This document shows positions 25,501-39,431 of a stretch of 64,000 bases of DNA, piece after piece (position 1 is the first letter of the stretch; each line of letters opens with the position of its first letter). The notes under the pieces are model-generated. The model was given only the letters and a program-made list of their open reading frames with translations. It was not told the DNA's origin and did not search any database. The position numbers and the translations under genes are program-made. The DNA lies in contig MU061578.1 of the NCBI GenBank assembly GCA_013265495.1, positions 9,308 to 73,307 of the forward strand, read 5' to 3'. This DNA comes from Vicugna vicugna (taxonomy: Eukaryota).

Positions 25501-26281
25501 CACTGCTTTCATTGAACAGCACATGTGCTTAAACGGGGAGGCTCCTCCCACAAACATCCCTAAGAAACATACTGTTAAGTTTAATTTAAGGGTGCTGATT
25601 CAGATGCCCCCATGCCAGCTGGGGATCCTTTGCAAGGGTCTGCGAGAAGAATTTGTCTCACGCCTCCGGGACAGCAGGGAAATGTATTTCAACAGTTGGT
25701 GGGCTTTTGTCCAAGGGAGCTGAAGATCCTGCCACTTATGGAGTTTCATGCTTTGCTTTGGCCACTGGGAAGCTGAGTTTGTGGTCATCGAGAGTGAGGG
25801 AGCAGGAATGTGGGAGAAACTGATCGCCTTTGTTAGTCTTTGGGCATCTTGAGTGTCAGAGCTGTGAACGGTCCATCCTTGTACCTCTACATGCCAAGCA
25901 CAAGGCAGGATGCAGAACAGCTGAGCCCAGTGATGCTGACTACACCTTTCACTGTGGTTCCCTCCTGGTTGCGGGGAGCAGTGGGCTCTCTGTCCAGTGG
26001 ACCCGGCCAGGACCACAGGGGAGGGGGAGCCCATGAGCGTGTGTGGATGTGGGAGTAGGGGAAGGCAAACCTTTGGAGACTCGAGAGGTGGACTGACAAG
26101 AGGGACTCAGATTTCAGATTTCGCAGAACAGGAAAACAAATTCTGATGACCAAGTTTTTTCCCTACCCATTTTTTATCTCGCCAAGTAAGTCCATCAACC
26201 ACACAAACACACACTCACACACACAAATCTACATACAAAAATATAATCACTACCATTTCCTGTCCCTGACTATGTCTCCCT

Positions 26282-26284
<3 letters not shown>

Positions 26285-26333
<49 letters not shown>
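26285..26333. repeat. (CA)n microsatellite
   Basis: Perfect CA run of ~24 units. Confidence 0.97.
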
Positions 26334-26336
<3 letters not shown>

Positions 26337-28175
26337 AGCATCAGTATCACCCAGGAACTTGTTAGAAGCGCACATTGTCAGTCCTCTGGGTGATGCTGAT
26401 GAGTATGAAAGTTTGAGGACCATCGAACTAGAAGAACACATCACGGTGTAGCTTGACAACAACGTATTATAGATAAAGAACACTGAGGAAAGAGGAAAAG
26501 AGTTACAGAGGAAAGGTGCAGAACAGGCCTAATTAAATCAAAGAGAGAAGCATCCGATAAAAACAGTCCACGAGTGGGTACCACGTGGAAAGACATAATG
26601 CTGAGACCACAGTACTTCAGTGCTGAGCATCACAGTGTAAGATGCTGGTAGCAGAGTAGCCACATGGAAGAGACACAGTCATGTTTTATTTATGGCTACG
26701 AGGAGAACAGCGTATGTTTTGCTGGGAGCAGCTATTTTTCAAATGTCTGTAGATTTGATTGGGCTGAACAAAGTACAAATTAATTTAAATGCATCACTGA
26801 ACTTACCATAACTTTTGCTGTGATGTGTTTTCTCAGACAATTTATACTGAAACTACTGTCGGGAAATTTCTGAAGATTAAAACGGGGTCCCCGTATGCAA
26901 AACAGTTATTCTAGCCCAATGGCCTGTAGGATAAAATCTAAACTTATCAGCAAGATCTGCTTCTCTGTGTTTCATGATCTAGCCTTTCTTGTCTTAGTAG
27001 GCTGGTCACTCACTGACACCCAGCCCTCCAGCCCCCACCATTCCACTGTTGTCCTCTGGCAATATCACTTCACATTCTTGAAGCAAACTGATGAATTCCG
27101 CTACCAGTTCTGCTAAGACCCCACTCAACATCACTACTTCCAGCAAACCTCTTCCCAGCTTCCCCAGGAAGCCTCGTGGTTTGCTTCCCCTAATCCCACG
27201 GCACCCAGGACATGCCTCCATCATGGCAGGTGCCTGCACTGGGCTGGAATACGTCTGCTTCCCAGTAGATAATGAATTCCTTCAGTGAGGGGACTGTGTG
27301 TTTTTTCTTTTTTGTGTACATAGGACCTGGCTTAATGCCTGTCTCATAGTTAACACTCAACAGATATTTGCTGAGTATGTTTGCTGCTTAGACAAATTAT
27401 GCTTGTTATTTATCTAAAAGGTGCACTTATCTGTTAAGTCAGGCATAAAGCAGGCATTAGAGGGTATATCCTTTGCAGCCCAACTATATGAAGTTGCTTG
27501 CAAGATCAATGATGAATAAAATGAGAAATAGGCCAGTCAATTGGAAATAGAAGACAATAACAATAATAAAATCACAGAGAGGAAAAGAGAAAATTAATCA
27601 GAAAAATCCTAGACTAGTAATGTTGTGCTGATGAAGCATGGCATTTAACTTTGAGCTTCCTGGCAGTCTAGGCAAAGAGGGAAATTGTGGGTTATATAAG
27701 TTGGTTTGATCAGTGAATCAAAGTGGTTCATCAAGAGAGATGAGTGGTTTCATGCCAGGAATTTACTGTATAGTTCCCTAAAGATCAGCAAAGTGTTAGA
27801 TTAGTAGTTATAAATGACATTTATTCATTCATTCTTCACATATTTTGAGGCATCTTCTATCCTAGACGCTGTAGATGCTGTGTTACAGAGATGAAAAGAT
27901 ACGATCATGTTTTAGTGCAGGAGAGAGAGGAAATGACTCATAAAATAGTAAGAGTGTGATAAGCTCTGTGTTAGATGGGATGTCAGGAGGCTTTGGGAAC
28001 CTGAGGCAGACATCTTAGCTGTGGGTAAGGAGGGGAGGCTTTCAGAAGGATGATATGTGAGCGGAGTTTTGAAGGATGAGTCGTGTTGGCCCGATGAAGA
28101 AGTGGGTGGGAAGAGGGTGGGAATGGATGTCCCAGCAGTTTGAGCATCAAGTGCAAAGGTCTGGAGGAATGAAGA

Positions 28176-28555
28176 TGCAATGGACTGAATGTTTGTGTCC
28201 TGTCCCCGCCCCCCCCCACCAATTTATATGTTGACATCCTAACCCTGATGTGATGATATGAGGAGGTGGGGCTTTTGGAGATAATTAGATCACGGAAGTG
28301 GAGCCTTTCTGGATGGGATTAGTGCCTTTATAAAAAGAGACCCCAGAAGGCTCTCTTATACTCTTTCAGCCATGTGAAGACGTAACAAGGAGACAGCAGT
28401 CTGCACCCCAGAAGAGGAGTCTCATCAGAACCCAACCATGTTGGTACCCTGGTCTTAGACTTCCAGACTCCAGAACTGTAAGAAATAAATGCCTCTTGTT
28501 TATAAACCATTCAGTCTATGGAGCTTTGTTATAGCAGCCCAAACGGACCTAGACT
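28176..28555 (+). mobile_element. ERVL-MaLR solo LTR (MLT1A-like)
   Basis: tgcaatggactgaatgtttgtgtcc...ggatgggattagtgccttt...agaactgtaagaAATAAAt...atagcagcccaaacggac. Confidence 0.85.
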
Positions 28556-29534
28556 GGTGCACTGGAGAAACTGCAAGCAATGTGGGAAGACTGGGGCATG
28601 TGTGTGTGTTGCGGGGGGCAAGAGGAGAAACTGACAAGGGAAGCAAGCAAGTGTCTGAACACAAAGGATCCTGAATGACACAAAAGAACCATGGTCTTTG
28701 GGTTCTGCTGGGCATGAAAGGGGGAGCAGTGAAATAATTTTAAAAGGGGCAGTGAGGCAGTCTGTCATATATTTAGAAGATGCAGAAATGCAGAATAGCC
28801 CAGCTTTGCTTTGGAGTCAGCCCATGCCGGCCCAAAATTTCTTTGCTGTGAGGCCAAGCACTTTGAAAACATTGAAGCCTGAACTGACATCAATTATGCT
28901 GAAAGGGGGAAAAATTAATTAAAAGTTTTCGAAGGGCTCTATTCTGCCTTCTCTATTTTCATGTTATCTGCAACGCTGCTTTTTCGGCTGGCTGGGAGTT
29001 ATTACAGTATAACATTTTCATGTTGCTTGTAGGGTAATTATGTCAAATATATGGGAGATGATAAGCGGCAGTTTGTATTATTCTGTGATTAATCTCCATA
29101 CATTCTGGCATTTCAATCTGGCCTCAGCAGACTAGGTTTGCTAAACTCTGGTGTAAAAGGAGGATGCGGGGGAAGAGCCGGGAGGGCTGGGGAGTTGCCA
29201 GTGAGGTGGTTCTGGCTGGAAATATCTCAGTTCTTCCAAAGCACCCACCAAGCCCAGGCTTCACGGTTCATGCTCTCGCCAAGACTCATTCAGCCTGGTG
29301 CTTCTGAAAGCATGTCTTCAAACTACCTTCGTTAGATTCACCTGGGATGCTGTGTCCAAGGCACACTCCTGTCCCTCTTCCCTCAACCCATAAAATCAGC
29401 ATGATTCTGGCCCCGGAATCTGCATTTCCAACCACCCTACTACCCCCAAATCATTATTTTTCCTTTCTTCAATAAACATTTATTGAGCATCTACTAGGCA
29501 CATATCCTAGGTATCTGGTTTCTTCCTTCCTTCC

Positions 29535-29698
29535 TTTTTTTTTTCCTTAAATTGAAGTATAGCCGATTTACAATGCTGTGCTAGGCTCTGGTGTAGAGCA
29601 TAGTGATTCAGTTACACACACATACTCTTTTCCATTTAGGTTACTACAAGCTATTGAATCTAGTTCCCTGTGCTATACGGTAGGACCTTGTTGTTTAT
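29535..29698 (-). mobile_element. Young L1 3' end
   Basis: Poly-T, then aattgaagtatagccgatttacaatg...tagttccctgtgctatacggtaggaccttgttgtttat. Confidence 0.85.
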
Positions 29699-31872
29699 CC
29701 CAAGTCATTCTTGGATACTTAAAGTTTTCCAACAGCTAATCCACATTACAGTGAATTGACTCAATTTTTTGAAAACCCCAAATCAAAAATGAAGGTTTTC
29801 CAAGATGGTGTTGAAGGAAGGAGCCAACTGTGGGATTAAATGCTAGCTTGGATGACCAGGGGAGATCCTAGCATCTCCTCTGGATTTCTTTTAAAATATG
29901 AATTAGATGGAATTGGTTTGTTGCCACCAAGGATAGGATAAAGCATGTCGTGTAAGACATTAAAAAAGAGGAAACAAAATATGAGCATTGGTTCTGGACG
30001 AAAAGTTTGGGAACAGGCCCTAAAGCTGGAAGAGAGCCTGGAGCAGGGGCACTGCTGTGGAGGAGCTGAGAAGGGGCTGGCTTCCCGTCCGTGTTGGACA
30101 AGGGACTCGCAGTTCCCAAGTGCAGCTCTTCTGCCAAGTTCACTTTGGCAGACTCCAGTAACCTCTACTCTGACAGGCAAGAAATATTGTGGCCCATGTC
30201 AGGTTCTCTTAGGTCTATGATTTATTGATGGAGAATATGAAATTTTCATTAAAACAGACTGCTGTTTCTCATTCATTTGTCACATTTTTAATTTATATTT
30301 TAAAACATTAATAAAACCGACACAATTAATGATTTTTTGAAATGTCAAACACATTGAAGATGTGGGCTTGGTAGAACAGGATTTCCTGGTGTAGCGGAGG
30401 GAAGAATTGGCTCAAGGAAGCAATCTGTTGGTTACACTGAAAACTTTTCCCTCCCTGAACCCCATGGCCAGTTTAACGGTCTCTGGTCTCTTCACGGATG
30501 TTGTGGTTTACAAAGTACTTTCATTTTCTTTATCTCGAGATATTATCTGGTGTGGCCTGGGGACAGTCCTGGTTTAACCTTGTGGTCCTGGCACTACTGC
30601 CAGTGTTCACAGTTTCTGTTTGGGTGACAATTGTATGGTGTTCTGAGTCTAAGATTGCAAGGGCTTTTGCGCTAGATTAACTGGTTCAAGTTCTTGCTGA
30701 CCACATCACCTTCTTTAGCCTGTTTCCTCATTTGTAGAGAGGAGGTAATAGTAAGACCGATTTTACGTGATTATTAAGAGTTTAGATGAGATACTGTGAC
30801 ATGACTCCACATGGACAGTGCTTGGCATACAGCAGGTGATTAGTATATGACTGCTGCTGTCTTATGTGTGGTCATTATTATCATTGAGACTCTGCTCATT
30901 TTAAATATTTATTTAGGCACTAAGTTATTCAATCAAATTTATTGAGTCCTTCCTTATATTCCAGGTATTTGGCTGGGGACTGGAGAGACAGTGATGAACT
31001 ACTTTTTTTTTTAAGTCACAAATATATACAGTATAAATTATACAATTTAAATATAACACAAGTGTAACTATTACATTAAAATATGTTTTTGGACACTGAA
31101 TGGTCAGTAAAAATTGGGTGAATTTTGGGGGGGTTACAAAAACTTATTCTATAGCATTCTGCCCCTGGCCCCCTCAACATTCATGTCTTTCTCATATGCA
31201 AAATATATTAATTTCATCCCAACAGCCCCCAGATCTCAACTTGTACACAGTGAAGTATATAAAACATAAAAGCACAACATACACATGCCTTGTCTGGGTT
31301 AATACAATTAGATAGCCCCAAATTCCATAAACAGACTCGGGTGTGCACTGAGCTGTCTCTCTCCAGCCTCAGGCCCCTGGCCCTTGAGTCTTTTCCCAGT
31401 AACAACCAGCAACACTGATTCTTTGGGTCCCCCAGAGCAAGTATATTTATATATTCTTCCTACTCTACCTTACTTTTTCTTTTCACTTCTTCTTCTTCTT
31501 CTTCTTCTTTTTTTAAACACAAACGGGAGCAAAGCAAACACTGGTCTAACCTGGCTTTTTACACTTAACAACTGATCTTGAAGATTGTTCCATATCAGTA
31601 CACAAAAAAGCTTTCTTGTTCTTTTTACAGCCACTTTTTGATAGCTGTGTGGATGTCAATGGTGAATTATTAATAGTGAATCAGTACAATGGAAAACTTC
31701 TGCAGGGTTTTGCTGTCATGAAAGGAAGTTCCCGGCATAGAATAGAATGAAGGGAAAAAGCCAGATTATAGTTGAGCACATATATTACCATGTTTATGTA
31801 AAATGGAATATATACATGTATGTGAATATCTATGTAAATTGGGAAGAATGTTCATTAGAATATCCAAATCAG

Positions 31873-32740
31873 TGCTTTAGTCCCTTTGGGTTGCTAAATC
31901 AAAAATACCATAGACTGAGTAGTATGTAAACAATAGAAATTTATTTCTTACAGTTCTGGAGGCTGGGAAGTCCAAGATCAAAGTGCCAGCCAATCTGGCG
32001 TCTGAGGAGGGTCTGTTTTTTCGTTCATAGCCAGCTGCCTTCTCTCTTTGTCGTCACATGGCAGAAGAGGTGAGGGAGCTCTCTGGGGTCTCTTTGGTAA
32101 TAGTACTAATTGCATTCGTGAGGGCCCCACCCTTGTGACCTAATCTCCTCCCAAAGATCCCACCTCCTAATACCATCACCTCAGGGGTTAGGGTTTCAGC
32201 ATCTGAATTTTGGGGGAGCTACAAACATGTAATCTATAGCATTCCACCCCTGACCCCCCAAATTCATGTCTTTCTCACATGCAAAATATATTAATTACAT
32301 CCCAACAGCTCCCACATCTTAACTCATTTCAGCATCAGCTTTAAAGTCTCATCTACATCAGGAGTGGGGGAGACTCGAAGTCTGATTCAACCCGAGGCAA
32401 ACTGCTCCGCAGCTATGAACTATGTGAAACCAACAGATTGTGTTCTTCTGAAACACACAAGGGCGGGCAGGTGGAGGACAGACATTTCCATTCCCAAAGC
32501 GAGCGGAGAGAAATAGAAAGAAGAGAAAAGCAACAGGACCTGAAGAAGTCCAAACTAGGAGGCCAACTGCATGAGATCTGAAGGCTGGAGAATTAATTTG
32601 GCTCAACGCTCAGCCCTCCAGGCCCGCTGGGGCGGTGGTCCCATCCCCAGACACACTGCGCTGCCTTTTGCTGCAGGCTGAGGATAGAGGACACAGACCA
32701 GGAATGGTGGTGGTCCCCAGGACCTCAGCTGTGCACCCAC
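31873..32740 (-). mobile_element. MaLR 3' LTR (MST/MLT1A-like, 31873-32241) plus adjacent internal region
   Basis: ttagtccctttgggttgc...TTTATTtcttacagttctggaggctgggaagtccaagatc...ctatagca, followed by polypurine-tract-side internal sequence ttccacccctgacccc. Confidence 0.8.
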
Positions 32741-35329
32741 CTCTTTCCTGACACTCATCTCCGTGGCTGGCTGCCTGGCATAATGTAAATGCCTTAGACA
32801 TGCAGCAGATAAAAGGAAACGTGTCTGTACATAAAGAAGCCAGAATGGCTTTGTCAGAGGGACCTTCAAATCCACGCTAATTTGTTTTAGAGGCTCATTT
32901 GCAGACTTCATTACTTTAGCTGATTCTAGTAATAAATTCGTTGTGACTCTCCCCATCGCTAGCCATGGTTCACCAGCGCCGGATGCCTCTGCCCAAATCA
33001 ACCTTCTCATCTTACAGATGATGATGTTTATTCCCTGTACTCTTCCTGGAGTAGAGGACAAGGCTTGGTGAATTTAGTGGTGTTCAGATTAATACATGAA
33101 GAAGAGCTCTCAAAACATGCAGCCCCTGGGGGAGACTTCCACTGAGGATCATGAGGACTTAAGGGGGAAGGGACTTGCCTAAGATCAAACCAAAGAGCCA
33201 GGGCTAGAACCAGGGTATCAGTCCTCCATGCTTGCAGACTTTCTATGGCACCGTATTCCATACACCCCCAAGAAGAACATTAAGGACGGGAGGGCTGTCT
33301 GTGCTACAAGCCTTCAGTTCCTTCATCTTGACTTGATGAGAATTCTGCAGGTGATGTCCCCGCAATGAAGGATTCGGTGCCATGCCGCATTCATCACAGA
33401 ACTCCTAAGAGCAGTGCCTACAGTTTGGAAATCCTTCTTCCTTGACAAATGATATATTTCATTTATTTCCCATGATCTTCTTGCATTATTTCAATAGTAT
33501 TAATACTCGGCAAGTATATTAAAAAAGTAATAAACTGGCAATTATGATTGTGCTATGGACCCCAAACTGCAATTATTCATTATGTTTCAATTATTAACTT
33601 CACTTCAAATGTCTTTCAGCAAAGACTGCATAAAGAAAAAAAAATTGCGATGAAACTCTGTACGCTGGATCCTGGAAAACCATGTTTCACTCAGACTTGA
33701 CATTGCTCTGATTTATCTGCTATCTCAGGGCTAAAGGAATCAAAATAATAACAAAAAAATCTTCCTCTTTACTTAATAAACAATAACCATCAACACTTGA
33801 TATTTCTAGGGAGCTTTTTTAACCCTTCCTGAGACTTAGCATCTATTCTTGTATTTTATTTGAAAACAGTGGTCATGAAGAGTGTGGGTCCAGGATGATT
33901 CCAGCAGACTGACTGGGGACACTGAGGCACGGAGAAGCTCGGGGATTAGGCAGGGCAGACACCTAGATGGCGAGGCTTCCTACTGCCCAGATTCCCTCCA
34001 AATAACATCCCCTCCTCCAATGGCATCTCAGCACCAGCCTCAGTTCCAAGATGACTCCTGACCCCAGGATGAAGTCAGTCACCGAAGAAGATGAAGATGG
34101 TGGTGATGACGGGAGAAGCTGTTTGCTGGACTTGCACTTGGTCCTAAGTACTGGGCATGCGTGGCCTTGTCTAATCTTCCCAAGAAATTCTCCACAGGGA
34201 AGAGACCATCATAGCCCCATTTTATGGGAAGGTTAGGAGATCTGTCCAAGGCCCCACAGCTAGTATCTAAGTAGTAAAGCCATAACAACTGCACTTCCAC
34301 CAACAATGGTGATGGCGATGGCTACATGAATCCATGGAGACCATGTGCCAAGCACAGTACTCAGCATGTTGCATGTGCCACCTTGTTCAGTCCTCGCCAC
34401 AAGCCCATGGGATACATTGCACCCTCACCCCCATTATATAAACAAGGATCCTGAGACTTAAAGAAGACTAAAGAGATTGCTGAAGGTCAGTAACAACCAC
34501 TGCCTCGCCCACCTCGCCCACCTGCTCCTCCAACACCCCCACCAAGGACCTATGCACATTGTCCCATTTCTCCCAAAGAAGAAATTAACGATGGGTTAAC
34601 TTCTACCAGCGTTGAGGCCTTGGAGAGGTCCTCTTTCGAGAATGTGGCTCAAGATTTGCCCTCAAAGCAGTCCTATATCCTCCACCCCCACCGTCTCTCA
34701 CGTTGCCCCTGTAGGATAAGTGACAGCTATAAAGGATATGAGGAATTTCATTTTTTAAAAATAAGCAAATTGTATTAAATTTTAATGGTGGTCATTATGG
34801 GCTGGTTTGTCTCTGGTGCTTAAGTGAATCCTTCAGTCCCCTTTGAAGAGTTCCATTTGTACAGATTAATTGTCTGCAATTTTGTCGGGTGCGTCCTCAT
34901 CCCAGTCATCGGCACTGCAAAGCCTTGTCCCCATCTGGGCAGAGCTTAGTGATGTAGCGCTTTGGCCTTTAAAATATGCACAATAAATATTTTAGATTTG
35001 CTGACGAATGACTTGCTCTCACTACAAGGCTGCAGAGTTTGCAGGGATTGAAGGAGGAGGAGGTTGAGTGAATTTTGGAATGAGAGCCACTTCAGGCTTC
35101 CCAGAGAGGTGCTGGGTATTCGGCGAGTGGAGCGGCTTTCCCAGCCAGATGCCACTGTAGCTGGGGTCCTGCTGGCTTTCCGAAATGCTACACAGTGTCC
35201 TTCTTGTGGGTGGGCATCACCCTCCCAGGATGACTCTCTTCCAAGGTGCACAGAATAGGCACTTTTTACCCCATTCATTTGACAAGTCAATCTTCCATTG
35301 AAACATCCAGTGGAATCTTTAGAGCTAAG

Positions 35330-35945
35330 GGCCAGATCATGCCACTCACCTGCTTAATACGTTCCAGAGTTTCCTGTTATACTTAGAATAAATTCCTAAC
35401 TCCTGACCAGGGGCCTAGAAGGCCCTGCATGATCTACCCCCACTGCTCCTCTGACCACTTCACCTACTCATTGCCCATCACTCACAATACTCCAGCCACA
35501 CGGGCCCTTGCTTATCTTCTGTAAACACGCAGAGCATGTTTCTGCCTCAGGATCTTTGCACTTGCTGCTCCCTCTTCGCAGAATGCTCTGCCTCAGCATC
35601 TTCCCATGGCTGCCTCCTTTTGCTCATCTAGATCTCAATTCAAATGTTCCCTCCACTGTCAGAAAGAATATGCTTGAGCACCAATCTAAAGGAGGGGAGA
35701 TTCCACCATCTGCACAACTCTCCATCCCATTAGCTTATTTTATCAACTCTTATCACTATTTGAACTTGTTTGTTCGTTTTGTTTATTTCTGTGTGCTTTC
35801 CTTGTTCGTTATCTGTCTCTTCCACATTAATGTAAGCCCCATGGATGTAGGGCCTTGGTCAACATTGTTCATCACTGTACCCTCACTGCCTAGTATGTAG
35901 CCCATCATGTTGTCAGTGTTCAGAGCACATCTGTTAATGAAGGAG
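35330..35945 (+). mobile_element. L2 LINE 3' fragment
   Basis: gatcatgccactcacctgctta...tgcctcaggatctttgcacttgctg...aatgtaagccccatg. Confidence 0.7.
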
Positions 35946-36469
35946 TGGTTATTTCTCGAGCACTCATGATCGGCAGGCTGGGTGCTGGAAATATAGCATT
36001 AAATGACACAAATGGGGCTCCTTTTAAGGGAACATTTTATATTCCAGTAAAAGTCTTCGGTCTTTGACCTTCTAAGGTTCAGATAACCAGCTTTCAGGCA
36101 GACCCTCCCAGGCAGGAGTGACCGGGGTCCAATTTTGGGCATGGTACTGGGGTCCGATCCTGAAGTCCTAGAGATTTCAGTTGTTGGGAGAGTTCTTAGG
36201 GATCATAATAGCCAAACCTTCCTATTTACAAGGCTCAGAGAGAGGGAATGAATTGAACAAGTTCACACAGCAGGTTGGAGGTTTACTTCAGAGAACTAAA
36301 ATACAGAACTTTTGACTCTGGAATTGTGTTTGTTCAATTTCATCATCCTGACCTTCAGGTCTTGGTTCTGAAAGGCTCTGGTTTGACCCAATAGTCTACA
36401 TATTGTTTCAAAAGAAGATTTACACTAGCATATTCCAATATAACCTATCAAAACAAGGTAGGTATGTTG

Positions 36470-37411
36470 CAGATGGTCAACAGGCACATGAAAAGATGCT
36501 CAGTATCACCAATTATCAGAGAAATGCAAATCAAAACTACAATGGGGTATCACCTCACACCAGTCAGAATGGCCATCACTAAAATGTCCATAAACAATAA
36601 ATGCTGGAGAGGATGTGGAGAAAACAGAACCTTCCTACATTGTTGGTGGGAATGTAATTTGGTGCAGCCACTATGGAAAACAATATGGAGATTCATTAAA
36701 AAACAAAAAATGGAGTTACCATATGATCCAGCAATCCCACTCCTGGGCATATATCCAGAGAAAAATCTAACTTGAAAAGATATATGCACCCTAATGTTCA
36801 TAGAAGCACTATTTGCAATAGCTGAGACATGAAAGCAACCTAAATGTCCACCGACAGTTGAATGGATAAAGATGTTGTGTGTGTGCATATATAATTTATA
36901 CATATATGCACACACACACATACACATACACACACAATGGAATACTACTCAGCCATGAAAAGAATGAAATAATGCCATTTGCAGGAACACAGATGGACCT
37001 AGAGATTATCATACTAAGTGAAGAAAGTCAGACAGAGAAAGACAAATATCATGTATCACTTATATGTGGAATCTAAAAAAAAGACATAAATGAACTTATT
37101 TACAAAATGGAAATAGACCCATGGACATAGAAAACAAACTTGTGGTTACCAAAGGAAAAAGGAGGGGAGGGATAAATTAGAATTTGGGATTAGCAGATAC
37201 AAACTACTATATATGAAATAGGTAAACAACAAGGACCTACTGTAGAGTACAGGGAACTATATTTAATAGCCTGTAATAACCTATAATGAAAAATAATATG
37301 AAAAAGAATATACATGTATGTATAACTGAATCACTATGCTGAACCCCAGAAACTAACACAACATTGCAAATCAACTATACTTCAATTAAAAAAGAAACCT
37401 AGAAAAAAAAA
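36470..37411 (+). mobile_element. 5'-truncated young L1: ORF2 C-terminus, 3' UTR and A tail
   Basis: Translates HMKRCS...[18 protein letters not shown]...KCWRGCGE...HCWWEC.LVQPLWK...[14 protein letters not shown] (L1 ORF2 CCHC region). TSD taggtatgttg (36459-36469) / taggtgtgttg (37413-37423). Confidence 0.95.
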
Positions 37412-38354
37412 TTAGGTGTGTTGGAGCTGAACCCCAGATAATATCCCCAAAGACCTATTCTCAAGGGGCATCTGAGCCAGGTAAGCATTCCCATGGCTCT
37501 TCCATACCCAATCTATCTGTTCTTTCTTTCAACAATTCTCCGTGCCTATCTTGTACTAGGAAACAAAAATGGCTAGGCCTACTATGAATCCAACTTAATC
37601 CTGCAAATACATGCGGCAGGGGCCCTAAGTCACAGCAAAGCTATCTGCCAAGAGAATGTACCCCGCTTCTAGTTCACAGAATGTCCTACGGCCCTCTCCC
37701 TTAAATATCTGCTTGGACAGAAATTCTGAGGGTCCCACAGACTATTCAACTGCGGCTTCAGCACTGATCACTTCACTGAGTCATCCACCGACTCTTTCCC
37801 CGGAAATTGTACATCTCTTGCGACAGTAAATAAAGTCTCAGATGGGGTTCCTGAGATTGGGATGTTTAAAGAGGTGTGTGCTTGAGAGGCCCTTCTGTTT
37901 CTGTTATCCGACTGTGGCAGAGTCCTCAGGTGCCCACTCCTCATGGAAAAAGAGCAATGGCTTCGCCTCCGTGATGACTCTCGGAGCAAACTGGGCTCTA
38001 AAGAGCGGTCCTTGAGATCCTGGCTGCAACCCTTCTTTTCCCAGTGTCCTAAGGAGGGAGTTGGAATGGGATAAGTTATGTGTTGTGGTTTTCGGCATTA
38101 ATGAATATGAGAAACTAAATTATTGAATTTTGCAATGCAAATTATATTTTGGACACAAATTCTTCATTTCTGAATGCTAAGGACTCATAAAGAATGTCAA
38201 TGGTTTATGAATTAGGCCATTAGCATGCAATTTGTGATTCTAACAGCACACGAGCACCGTGTCATAAGTAACTATATAAAGAGTAGTGTTGTCTAAATTT
38301 TCAAAATATTTTGCTGGATGCATTAGAAAGTTCTCAAAAGACTCCAGCGGCTGA

Positions 38355-38560
38355 CCCTTCCTTTCTTCCTTCCCTCCCTCCCTCTCTCCCTCCTTCCAAC
38401 CTTTCCTCCTCTCCCCATTTTCTTTCTCTCTCCCTCCCTCCTATCCTCTGTCTCCTTCGATTCTAGTGCCCTTCCTTCCTTCCCCCATCCTTTTCTTCCC
38501 TCCCCTCTTTCCTCCCTGCCTTCCCTCCCTGTCTCCGAATCCTTCTCTCTTTCTCCTTCC
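38355..38560. repeat. CT-rich polypyrimidine low-complexity tract
   Basis: Degenerate (CCTT)n/(CT)n. Confidence 0.85.
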
Positions 38561-39094
38561 ATCGGCTGACTACATCAGTTGTTATTCCTACCCTTTCCAA
38601 TCCTTTCCCAGATTGCATTGCGGGAGCTGGAAGGCCTAAAAGCTAATTAAGATGAATCTCCCTAGTTTTAGAGATGGAAACTCTGAAACCCAGAGAGTGA
38701 ACGGGCCTTCTCCAAGAACAGAGTCTTCACCAACAAAGCCAGCTGGAGCCACGTCTCTGATGTCTAATACGCACCCCTCCATCGACCCCTTCACGCTAGT
38801 GTGCAACTGACTCGTCTCCGACACCTTCTTGATAATGTTGTCATGGAGGGAGAGAGAGAAGGTGCGATTACAGGGTCGCAAGAGGTGAGGGCCCTGGAGA
38901 AGAAATAAGGATGCAGCAGGGCAAAGAGCATGCAAAATTCACCCACTCTACAGTCTGTCCAGTAGGATGACCTGATCTCAGGGCAGGCAGGAGCAGCAAG
39001 TGGAATTGGTGTGGAGTGAAGTTTCGGTCCAGTGGGAGGAATAGGTCTTACAATTAGACCATCAGTCAAGGAATAAACTATCACGTGAAGTTCC

Positions 39095-39340
39095 CTGGCC
39101 ACACCTCAGAATCACCTGGGGGAGTTTTAATGCCAAAGCCACATATCAGTTAAATCAGGATTTTGGGGGTGGGATCTGGAGCATCTGTACTTCCCCTTTA
39201 CAAATTCTACTGTTTAGATAGGGTTTAGAACCTCCAGTATAGCCCAGAAGTTCTAAAGTTTTAGTGTGCATGAGAACCACTGCAGAAGTTGATTATCAAC
39301 GCTGGTTCCTGGGCTCCTCTTCCCAGATACCCTGAATCGG
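39095..39340. mobile_element. MER5A-like hAT MITE fragments
   Basis: tcagaatcacctgggggagtt...aaatcagga; aaagttttagtgtgcatgagaaccac...ttcctgggctcc. Confidence 0.55.
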
Positions 39341-39431
39341 TTACTCCCCTGTCCGTTCTCCGGCCACCACTTCCCTTCCAGTGCCAGGGAGGAGCCAGGT
39401 CCAATGACGGTTTGACATCCATGTGACTGGA

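Noticed and set aside
36464..37076. ORFs with a zinc-knuckle motif as a host gene
   Set aside because: This is the C-terminus of L1 ORF2 in a 5'-truncated insertion with stops.
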